From a virus (Duplodnaviria; Caudoviricetes): a DNA stretch of 38,476 nucleotides. Location: positions 1 to 38,476 of IMG/VR virus record IMGVR_UViG_3300020043_002188. One strand, written 5' to 3'. The notes beneath the pieces were generated by a model. That model saw nothing but the letters and a program-made list of their open reading frames with translations, did not search any database and was not told where the DNA came from. Position 1 is the stretch's first letter. Each line of letters starts with the position of its first letter. Of the stretch, positions 1 through 5,957 are shown one piece after another. The translations under genes and the position numbers were made by a program.

Positions 1-121
1 GGGTTCTTGGCTTTCCAGCCGAAGTTGACCCCGCGCACTTTGTACTTCTGCTCGGTCAATCTGTCAAGGATGCCGTAGCCCAGCCCACCCTCGTCGATCA
101 CGGTCAGGGCAGGGCGGTACT
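1..121. repeat. Terminal direct repeat, left copy (contig circularity overlap)
   Basis: 1-121 matches 38356-38476 except C84 vs A38439; the terL frame reads through the join. Confidence 0.95.
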
Positions 122-1229
122 CCTCGATGGCGTCGATGACGTGGCCCACGGTGGTCATGGTGTCGTCACCCCGGAACCGCTTGATCGCCACGATGTCCCG
201 GCCTTGGCGCACGGCGATCACGGTGCTGTCCATGCCGCCCCGGGCCGGGTCAACGCCGATGATGATGGGCGCGGTCATGTCTTTGTGCAGCGCCCGTTTC
301 ATGGCGTCATCAACAAGGTGCGGTGCGATGAACTGGTCTTGGCCCGACTTGGGGAAGTCCCCATAGACCTCGACCCGGGCCTCGTCCGAGTCCTCACCGT
401 ACTCGTTGATGATCTGCTGGTAGATGGTCTTGTCGGTGCCCTCGACCGTGCGGGCGTCGATCTTCTCGCTCTCCCAGAACTCCCGCTTGCTGCCGTCCAC
501 GGCCTCATAGAAGTACCCGGTGTTGCGCCGTCCGTTGCTGAACGCCAGCCAGTACCGGTCCAAAATGTTCTCGGTAAAGAAGCCCGCAGCCACGGACCAG
601 ATGCTGTCTGGAATACCGCTGGCCTCGTCGAAGATCACCATCATGCCGTCCATGTTGTGCACACCGGCATAGGCGTCTGGGTTCTCCTCGCTCCACAGTT
701 TGCCCTCGGCACCCCAGTACCGGGTGCCTTTGCGCAGGTCACGCTCGACCAGTTCAGTCAACCAGTTGGCCGGGTTCAGGCTCGTGGCCGTGGGTTCCCA
801 CCAGTGGGCGTTGATCGCCATCGTGACCCACTTGGTCAACTCACCCCATGTGACTTTGCGCAACTGGTTCTCGCTGTTGGCCGACACGATGACAGATGAC
901 CCGATCCGAGTGGTCAGCATCCACAGGATCAGCCACGACACGAGGGCAGACTTACCCACCCCTCGGCCAGAGGACACAGCCCTGCGCAGCGCGTCGATCA
1001 ACTCGTCGTTGCTCTGCTTGCCCCGGTTCTCTTTGATGAAGTCCCGTATCCTGCGCAGGGCTCTGCGCTGCCATGTGCGCGGGGCTTTGAAGTGTTCGAG
1101 TGGGGTGTTCTTCTGCCCCCAAGGGAATGCGAACAGCACAAACGCCTCGGGGTCATCCTTCAGAGCAGGACTCCAAAGCTGCGACATGAGCGTCTGCTCA
1201 TCTTCTGGGCTGTACCGGGGTTTCTGCAT
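1..1229 (-). CDS. terL: Terminase large subunit, 5' part (continues across the join to 38043; about 513 aa in total)
   Basis: Absent from the ORF track because it runs off the end. Manual translation from the ATG at 1229 gives MQKPRYSPEDEQTLMSQLWSP...RAVSSGRGVGKSALVSW (Walker A). It is in frame with the 38043-38456 ORF and lies downstream of terS. Confidence 0.93.
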   Translation of the reverse strand, partial: MQKPRYSPEDEQTLMSQLWSPALKDDPEAFVLFAFPWGQKNTPLEHFKAPRTWQRRALRRIRDFIKENRGKQSNDELIDALRRAVSSGRGVGKSALVSWLILWMLTTRIGSSVIVSANSENQLRKVTWGELTKWVTMAINAHWWEPTATSLNPANWLTELVERDLRKGTRYWGAEGKLWSEENPDAYAGVHNMDGMMVIFDEASGIPDSIWSVAAGFFTENILDRYWLAFSNGRRNTGYFYEAVDGSKREFWESEKIDARTVEGTDKTIYQQIINEYGEDSDEARVEVYGDFPKSGQDQFIAPHLVDDAMKRALHKDMTAPIIIGVDPARGGMDSTVIAVRQGRDIVAIKRFRGDDTMTTVGHVIDAIEEYRPALTVIDEGGLGYGILDRLTEQKYKVRGVNFGWKAKN

Positions 1230-1387
1230 CAATGTTCCTTCAGTTCGCCGGTTTCGTACTTCTCACGGCCATCAAGTGAATTGTGGATCAACACATCATG
1301 GTCCTCGTCGTACTCGGGGTGGCACCAGCATTCCCGACCCTCGACGATGTGGTCGCGCAAGTCGTTGATTGGATAGACGTGGGTCAT
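1229..1387 (-). CDS. Small His/Cys-rich hypothetical protein, 52 aa
   Basis: Manual translation MTHVYPINDLRDHIVEGRECWCHPEYDEDHDVLIHNSLDGREKYETGELKEH; TAATG and TGATG overlaps couple it to both neighbours. Confidence 0.75.
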   Translation of the reverse strand: MTHVYPINDLRDHIVEGRECWCHPEYDEDHDVLIHNSLDGREKYETGELKEH

Positions 1388-1590
1388 TAGGTGGTCTTTG
1401 CGCGGATGGCCTGATCTACACGTTTTGCAAGACCACGGTCAGCGCCAAGAAGTGCGATTCCCGCCCTGTACGCACACGCTTCACGCTCGGCAGCAATCTC
1501 ATGCTGCATGTACTCCAGCGTCACCGTACCGTACTGTGTAGGCTGGTTCTCTGGATCGATAAATAGCTGCAACACGCCACGATCAATCAT
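1387..1590 (-). CDS. Hypothetical protein, 67 aa
   Basis: Stop/start overlaps on both sides; contains an AAEREACA motif that I recall from small phage proteins. Confidence 0.7.
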   Translation of the reverse strand: MIDRGVLQLFIDPENQPTQYGTVTLEYMQHEIAAEREACAYRAGIALLGADRGLAKRVDQAIRAKTT

Positions 1591-2153
1591 CAGTCGTTCT
1601 CCAGTCTTGAGGTTACGTCAATCACCTCACCCTCGATCACCCGGGCTTGGGCCTGCGCCAGCGCCTCAGTGATGGAGATGGTGCCGCCGAGTTCAACTTG
1701 TTTGATCTCGCCGTAGCGTTTCTTGTTGTGTGCGCTCATGAGCCACTTGCGCGTGTCGATGCGCAGCTTGTCCCTGTTCACCGTGTCGTTCGAGTTGGCG
1801 TCGATCGCCTCGACCCCATCCGCAATTTCCAGAATCTCCCCGGCAAGAAACTCAGTGCGCATCTCCTGCGCTTCCTTGAACCGTTCATGGCGGGTGGCAT
1901 CCCGCTTGACCCAGCGCAGGAAGTCCTCATACGAGATGGCCCTGTGGTCATCCTCAATCAGCGATTGCAGGGACCGGCCACGGTAGATGTCTTCCACGAC
2001 TCTCTCGAAGATTTGCTCATATTCGACATGCAGCAACGCCCTTGCCTCCTTCGAGGTTCTGAGGGGTTCTGGGTCAGGCACGGACAGCCAGTTGGGCAGT
2101 TGATTCTCACTGGCGACAGCCGTGCCTACAAACGAGGTGTTCTCTTGTTTCAT
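1590..2153 (-). CDS. terS: Terminase small subunit (Sf6 gp1-like)
   Basis: N-terminal HTH-like segment (GRSLQSLI...FLRWV) and motif KLRIDTRKWLMSAHNKKRYGE typical of Sf6-type TerS; upstream of terL. Confidence 0.88.
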   Translation of the reverse strand: MKQENTSFVGTAVASENQLPNWLSVPDPEPLRTSKEARALLHVEYEQIFERVVEDIYRGRSLQSLIEDDHRAISYEDFLRWVKRDATRHERFKEAQEMRTEFLAGEILEIADGVEAIDANSNDTVNRDKLRIDTRKWLMSAHNKKRYGEIKQVELGGTISITEALAQAQARVIEGEVIDVTSRLEND

Positions 2154-2174
2154 AGTGCCCTCAGTGTACTACGG

Positions 2175-2239
2175 GATTTTCACGGTGTCTATGGAACCCA
2201 CTGGGTTTCTGATTTTTGAAAAAATTTTCACGGTTTCTG
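2175..2239. repeat. Direct repeat ATTTTCACGGTnTCT (2 copies) upstream of terS
   Basis: Copies start at 2175 and 2225 and flank an AACCC-ACT-GGGTT palindrome. Confidence 0.55.
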
Positions 2240-2783
2240 TGATACCGCCCGGCCAACAGCCCACCTCGCTCCGGCCCTCACCCGCCCCCATCGAACCGCT
2301 GGCACGATTTATGCTTTGCGCCGCGCCGCCGCGCCGCGGACCGATCGCCCAGCGCCGCCGCATCACCGCGCCGCCCAGGATATCGCAGCCCAGCGGGTCC
2401 AGATTATCCGCGGATCCTGGCGCTAATCGATCACCCAGGATAATCGGATCCCCTGGGTTTACGGGTCCAGGGACTGGATCACCCAGCGGGTTAAAGGAAC
2501 CCAGGGGATCTAGGGAAATCCTGGCGACTGGATCACCCAGCGGGTTAAAACGGGGGTTTTGGGGGCGATTGTGACAAGTCGCCCTTTCGCGCAGGCAAGG
2601 CGAAAGAATATAACTTTTTCCACTGGGTCATTTAATCTGAAAATCCCGAAACCTTACCCCAGCGATAAAAGGAACAATTGTCACCACCCCCAAAAAGAAC
2701 CCCTGAAGCATCACCCAGCGGGTTAGGGTTTATCCTGATGCAAATATTTTGTCGTACCTGTTGACAATCTAACCCGCTGGGTT
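2195..2783. promoter_or_regulatory. Array of pseudo-palindromic ACCC-N3-GGGT(T) sites, putative operators
   Basis: Sites at 2195-2207, 2388-2398 (GCCC variant), 2481-2492, 2535-2546, 2713-2724 and 2771-2783. Includes a perfect 24-bp direct repeat at 2472-2495 and 2526-2549. Confidence 0.65.
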
Positions 2784-2788
2784 ATAAT
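2761..2788 (+). promoter_or_regulatory. Consensus sigma70 early promoter
   Basis: TTGACA (2761-2766), 16-bp spacer, TATAAT (2783-2788); AT-rich upstream; about 65 bp before the first early gene. Confidence 0.85.
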
Positions 2789-2852
2789 TACATCACCGGA
2801 ACAAATCCGGCACACTGTAACCCGTAACCTGTAACCCCGAAAGGACCTGATC

Positions 2853-3041
2853 ATGAACAAATCCGAAACCCGCGAAGTCGCCAAGATCGCCCAATACCAC
2901 GCCGCAGGCCTGGGCGCTGATTTTGTCGCCCGCGCTCTGTCTTCCCTGATCCGCGCCGCCCGTACAAATAAGAGCGCCGCCGCGCTGCAGGATATCGCCG
3001 CTGATTTTGGCGTCACCGATCACCCTGAATTCATTTGCTGA
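2853..3041 (+). CDS. Early hypothetical protein, 62 aa (first gene after the promoter)
   Basis: GAAAGGA RBS within the leader repeat; no family recognised. Confidence 0.8.
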   Translation: MNKSETREVAKIAQYHAAGLGADFVARALSSLIRAARTNKSAAALQDIAADFGVTDHPEFIC

Positions 3042-3050
3042 TCTAACCCA

Positions 3051-3067
3051 GGGGGCGCGAAGCCCCC
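3051..3067 (+). other. Intergenic GC hairpin without a U-tract
   Basis: GGGGGC-GCGAA-GCCCCC between early genes 1 and 2. Confidence 0.5.
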
Positions 3068-3101
3068 GCCCTGTAACCCGTAACCCTGAAAGAACCTGAT
3101 C

Positions 3102-3242
3102 ATGAATAAGCACCAATTGACGTACATCGATATGTACCCCGCCCCTGTCGATCGTGAACCGTCCGCCCTGGCGATCTGGGCAGGCGCTGCCCTGGCGCTG
3201 ATCGCCCTGTACCTGATCACCCTGTTTTTGTTCACCCTGTAA
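3102..3242 (+). CDS. Small membrane protein, 46 aa (not in ORF track)
   Basis: MNKHQLTYIDMYPAPVDREPSALAIWAGAALALIALYLITLFLFTL; starts at the ATG of one 38-bp repeat and stops inside the next; C-terminal hydrophobic helix. Confidence 0.8.
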   Translation: MNKHQLTYIDMYPAPVDREPSALAIWAGAALALIALYLITLFLFTL

Positions 3243-3267
3243 CCCGTAACCCTGAAAGAACCTGATC

Positions 3268-3576
3268 ATGAAAACTGAAAACCCCGTTATCCTGTCCGCC
3301 CTTGTCGATCGCCTTGCTGCGATCAAAGCCCAATTGGCGGATCTGTCCGCGGAAGAGAAAACCCTGAAGGGTGAATTGATCGCTGCGGATCTGCCCACGA
3401 TCGAAGGAACCGCGCACCGTGTCGCTGTTTCGTTCTGCCCTGGACGTGAAACGATCGATTGGCAAGCTGTCGCCGCTAAATTTAACCCGTCCCGCCAATT
3501 GATAACCGCGCACACTGCCCAGGGCGCGCCGTTTCATACTGTCCGCGTGTCCGCCAGGAAAGGGGTGAAATCATGA
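3268..3576 (+). CDS. Early protein with N-terminal coiled coil, 102 aa
   Basis: Starts at the repeat ATG; heptad segment LVDRLAAIKAQLADLSAEEKTLKGEL. Confidence 0.85.
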   Translation: MKTENPVILSALVDRLAAIKAQLADLSAEEKTLKGELIAADLPTIEGTAHRVAVSFCPGRETIDWQAVAAKFNPSRQLITAHTAQGAPFHTVRVSARKGVKS

Positions 3577-3806
3577 TCGACGCTAAATTTATGCGGGATC
3601 ACTTTACCCTGGTGACGATCACCGATAACCCCGCGCCTGCTGGGGTCCGCCTGGATCCTGAAGACCTGCGGGAAATCCTGGACGCCGTTAAATCTGGCGC
3701 TGCCCGCCTGCGGGGTCCGCGCTGCGAGTTTTCCGATAAACGCGCCGCCGCGTCACTGACTTTCGCCGCCGCCCTGATCACTGAAGCCCTTGAAAGGACC
3801 GAATAA
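3573..3806 (+). CDS. Early hypothetical protein, 77 aa
   Basis: ATGA overlap with the previous gene; GGGGTG RBS. Confidence 0.8.
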   Translation: MIDAKFMRDHFTLVTITDNPAPAGVRLDPEDLREILDAVKSGAARLRGPRCEFSDKRAAASLTFAAALITEALERTE

Positions 3807-4489
3807 TGCCCGCCTATCATTTTGTCGCCGTGTCTGCTAATCGTAAAACCGGAAAAATCCCCGTCACTTATTCTGAGCGGGACACCTGCCCGCCGTCCTG
3901 CCCGCATTATCGGGCGGACTGTTACGCGGAAGATTATTACACCCGGATGACCTGGGACAAGGTTCCCGCCCGCGGGGGATCCCTGGCGGATCTGTGCGCA
4001 TCGATCGCCGCCCTGCCCGCTGGGTCCCTGTGGCGTCACAATGTAGCGGGCGATCTGCCCGGATCTGGGGAAGACCTGGACCCCGCCGCCCTGGGCGATA
4101 TCGTCCGCGCCAATATTGGGCGGAAGGGTTTCACGTACACCCACAAAAAAACCGCTGACGCCCTGTACTGGGCAGGGCAGGCGACAAGCTGGGGTTTCAC
4201 CGTGAACCTGTCCGCGGATGACGCGGGCGAAGCTGACGCCCTGGCGGACGTGTCTGATTGTCCGATCACCTGTATTGTCCCGATCGATACCCCGCCCAAA
4301 ACCTATACACCGGACGGGCGCGTGATCATTGTCTGCCCTGCCCAGGTCCGGGACGATATCACCTGTCAATCCTGCGGACTGTGTGCGATCGCTGATCGCG
4401 CCGTGATCATTGGGTTTCGCGCACACGGAACCCGCGCCGCGGTTACTGACGCGAAAGCCCGCCGCGTGATCCCGATCGTGAAAGGATGA
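3806..4489 (+). CDS. Cys-rich radical-SAM-like phage protein (Gp88/DUF7227-like)
   Basis: Motifs NRKTG, TCPPSCPHYRADCYA (Cx3Cx6C), RHNVAGD, FTYTH, VNLSAD, CPAQ...TCQSCGLC and IGFRAHG; family assigned from recall. Confidence 0.7.
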   Translation: MPAYHFVAVSANRKTGKIPVTYSERDTCPPSCPHYRADCYAEDYYTRMTWDKVPARGGSLADLCASIAALPAGSLWRHNVAGDLPGSGEDLDPAALGDIVRANIGRKGFTYTHKKTADALYWAGQATSWGFTVNLSADDAGEADALADVSDCPITCIVPIDTPPKTYTPDGRVIIVCPAQVRDDITCQSCGLCAIADRAVIIGFRAHGTRAAVTDAKARRVIPIVKG

Positions 4490-4493
4490 AATC

Positions 4494-4838
4494 ATGCCCA
4501 AAAAATTGATCTTTAACATGATCCGGGCTAATGACGTCCGCGAAGCTGTCCAGTATTACCCGATCGTTTTTCTGCGGGGGTCCAGGTCCTGGCGGTTAGC
4601 CTTGCACCGTGAACCCGTCCTGGCGGGAAAGGGTGATTGGATTGTTTCGGACCCTGTGGGCGGTCACCGGGTTTGCCGGGTCACCGCGTCATTTAAAGGG
4701 GTCCCCGTATCGTCCAGGGACCTGCCCGTAAATCATGCCCGCGCCGCTGCCCTTATCGATCTGGATCTGACTGTTGACCGTATCGGCCTGGATCGTTTCG
4801 CCGCCGTCCTGGACGCCGCCCAAAACCCGAAACCCTGA
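4494..4838 (+). CDS. Early hypothetical protein, 114 aa
   Basis: Flanked by the 21-bp direct repeats, which carry an AAGGA RBS. Confidence 0.8.
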   Translation: MPKKLIFNMIRANDVREAVQYYPIVFLRGSRSWRLALHREPVLAGKGDWIVSDPVGGHRVCRVTASFKGVPVSSRDLPVNHARAAALIDLDLTVDRIGLDRFAAVLDAAQNPKP

Positions 4839-4850
4839 AAGGATGAAATC

Positions 4851-5054
4851 ATGCCCCTGGATCTAATGAAGCTGCCCGCCCCTGAAGCTGAAGCCCTGGC
4901 TTATGCTGAAGGGTTCACAAATACCGCGCACCTGTTCGCCAGGATCGCGGATCTACAAAAAGCCCTGGGCGAAGCCGTGAACGAAATCGAACAATTGAAA
5001 ACGGATCTTTACGCCGCCCAGTATGAGCGGGCATATCCCCGGGGGGATGAATGA
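4851..5054 (+). CDS. Early hypothetical coiled-coil protein, 67 aa
   Basis: Starts at the repeat ATG; segment IADLQKALGEAVNEIEQLKTDL. Confidence 0.8.
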   Translation: MPLDLMKLPAPEAEALAYAEGFTNTAHLFARIADLQKALGEAVNEIEQLKTDLYAAQYERAYPRGDE

Positions 5055-5137
5055 TCACTTTTTCGATTGTCGTTTCACTCATTTTCGCCGCCGTCCGCGC
5101 CTTGCTGCTGCTGATCGCGTCACTTATCAAGCCGTAA
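5051..5137 (+). CDS. Hydrophobic 28-aa peptide (not in ORF track)
   Basis: MITFSIVVSLIFAAVRALLLLIASLIKP; ATGA overlap with the previous stop; ends just before the terminator. Confidence 0.55.
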   Translation: MITFSIVVSLIFAAVRALLLLIASLIKP

Positions 5138-5148
5138 CCCGAACCCGT

Positions 5149-5176
5149 CCCCCAGGTGATCCCTGGGGGCTTTTTT
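5149..5176 (+). terminator. Rho-independent terminator of the early transcript
   Basis: CCCCCAGG-TGATC-CCTGGGGG-C-TTTTTT. Confidence 0.85.
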
Positions 5177-5196
5177 GACCCTGAAAGAATCCGATC

Positions 5197-5493
5197 ATGA
5201 ACGATACACCCGCCCCCGCCGCCCTGCCCAGCTTCGCCCAGGATCTGGGGGCGCTGATCACCCGCCGCGGACTGGATGAACCCCGCGCCGCGGGTCTGCT
5301 GGGGGTTCCTGTCTTCACCCTGCGGAAGTGGATCGCCGGGACCCGCGCACCGTCCGCCGCCGCCGTCCGCCTGCTGGACGTCCTGGGAACCCTGGACGCG
5401 ATCGCCCCCGCGCTGCTGGACGCGCTGACGCCCGCCGCCGCGCCCGCCGCCCCCAAGCGGCCCCGGGGACGACCAAGTGTCAAAATAGACTAA
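5197..5493 (+). CDS. XRE/Cro-like HTH regulator with C-terminal AT-hook
   Basis: RRGLDEPRAAGLLGVPVFTLRKWIAGTRAPS fits an XRE HTH; the tail contains KRPRGRP. Confidence 0.8.
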   Translation: MNDTPAPAALPSFAQDLGALITRRGLDEPRAAGLLGVPVFTLRKWIAGTRAPSAAAVRLLDVLGTLDAIAPALLDALTPAAAPAAPKRPRGRPSVKID

Positions 5494-5605
5494 GGCTCCC
5501 AACTAACCATCGGGCCTTTGGTTTTAAGGCATCGAACTAACCGTCAAGCCCTTGGTTTTAAGGCTCCCAACCAGCCGTCAAGACCACTTTTTAAGGAATC
5601 GAACC
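5491..5605 (+). repeat. Imperfect tandem repeat, about 3.4 copies of 34 bp
   Basis: Units start at 5491, 5525, 5559 and 5592 (TAAGGC[TCCC/ATCG]AACTAACCGTCAAGCCCTTGGTTT); the last partial unit supplies the RBS of the 5606 gene. Confidence 0.85.
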
Positions 5606-5818
5606 ATGAACCCTTTTGCACATTTCCAAGCCCTGTACGGCCACCTCGAACTGTCCGAAGATGACGCAGCCCTGCACCTGTTCCTGTCGGGCTGGAACAC
5701 GGCCATGACCGAGATGATGCAGCGCGTGAACGCCATGCCCTTCGGTAACGATACCCGGGCCAGCTTCGCCGTGTATTTCCAGTCCCAGATGGTCGATGTC
5801 AGTGAGATTGAAAAATGA
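5606..5818 (+). CDS. Hypothetical protein, 70 aa
   Basis: TAAGGA RBS before the ATG at 5606 (MNPFAHFQALY...). Confidence 0.75.
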   Translation: MNPFAHFQALYGHLELSEDDAALHLFLSGWNTAMTEMMQRVNAMPFGNDTRASFAVYFQSQMVDVSEIEK

Positions 5819-5925
5819 AGCCCTGCACCGACTGCAAGCGTGACCGACTGCCCGAGGGTGGGGTGCAGATGTCACCGACCCGGTGGATTTGTGCCCAGTG
5901 TTGGCGAAAATTCTTTACCAGCTAG
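5815..5925 (+). CDS. Small CxxC...CxxC zinc-finger protein, 36 aa (not in ORF track)
   Basis: MKPCTDCKRDRLPEGGVQMSPTRWICAQCWRKFFTS; ATGA overlap. Confidence 0.65.
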   Translation: MKPCTDCKRDRLPEGGVQMSPTRWICAQCWRKFFTS

Positions 5926-5931
5926 GTAAAC

Positions 5932-5956
5932 AAAAAAGGGGACCAGCGGTCCCCTT
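5932..5956 (-). terminator. Terminator between convergent genes
   Basis: AAGGGGACC-AGC-GGTCCCCTT; the A-run gives a U-tract on the minus strand just after the primase stop. Confidence 0.8.
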
Positions 5957-5957
5957 G

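Larger units (their letters stand above)
2815..5201 (+). repeat. Dispersed leader/RBS repeats in front of the early genes
   Basis: Perfect 38-bp repeat CCCTGTAACCCGTAACCCTGAAAGAACCTGATCATGAA at 3069-3106 and 3235-3272, with variants at 2815-2857 and 5178-5201. Perfect 21-bp TGAAAGGATGAAATCATGCCC at 4479-4499 and 4836-4856. Confidence 0.9.

Noticed and set aside
127-1376. Plus-strand ORFs of 252 aa and 222 aa and smaller ones
   Set aside because: They are antisense shadows of terL, which has a clear Walker A motif on the minus strand.
2122-2574. 150-aa plus-strand ORF and 65-aa minus-strand ORF in the control region
   Set aside because: Low-complexity Pro/Arg/Gly translations of repeats with no RBS; the region reads as non-coding.
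3069-3272. 38-bp repeats as CRISPR repeats or integron attC sites
   Set aside because: They contain an RBS and start codon, enclose a 128-bp coding stretch and lack attC dyad structure; no integrase is present.
2793-5502. Minus-strand ORFs of 240, 306 and 195 aa with recurring MIRFFQGY-like peptides
   Set aside because: The recurring peptide is the reverse translation of the leader repeat; promoter, RBSs and terminator all point to the plus strand.
5491-5605. Possible mini-CRISPR array (GTTTTAAGGC...AAC)
   Set aside because: The intervening sequences resemble each other rather than being unique spacers, the 34-bp period is too short for repeat plus spacer, and there is no cas operon.
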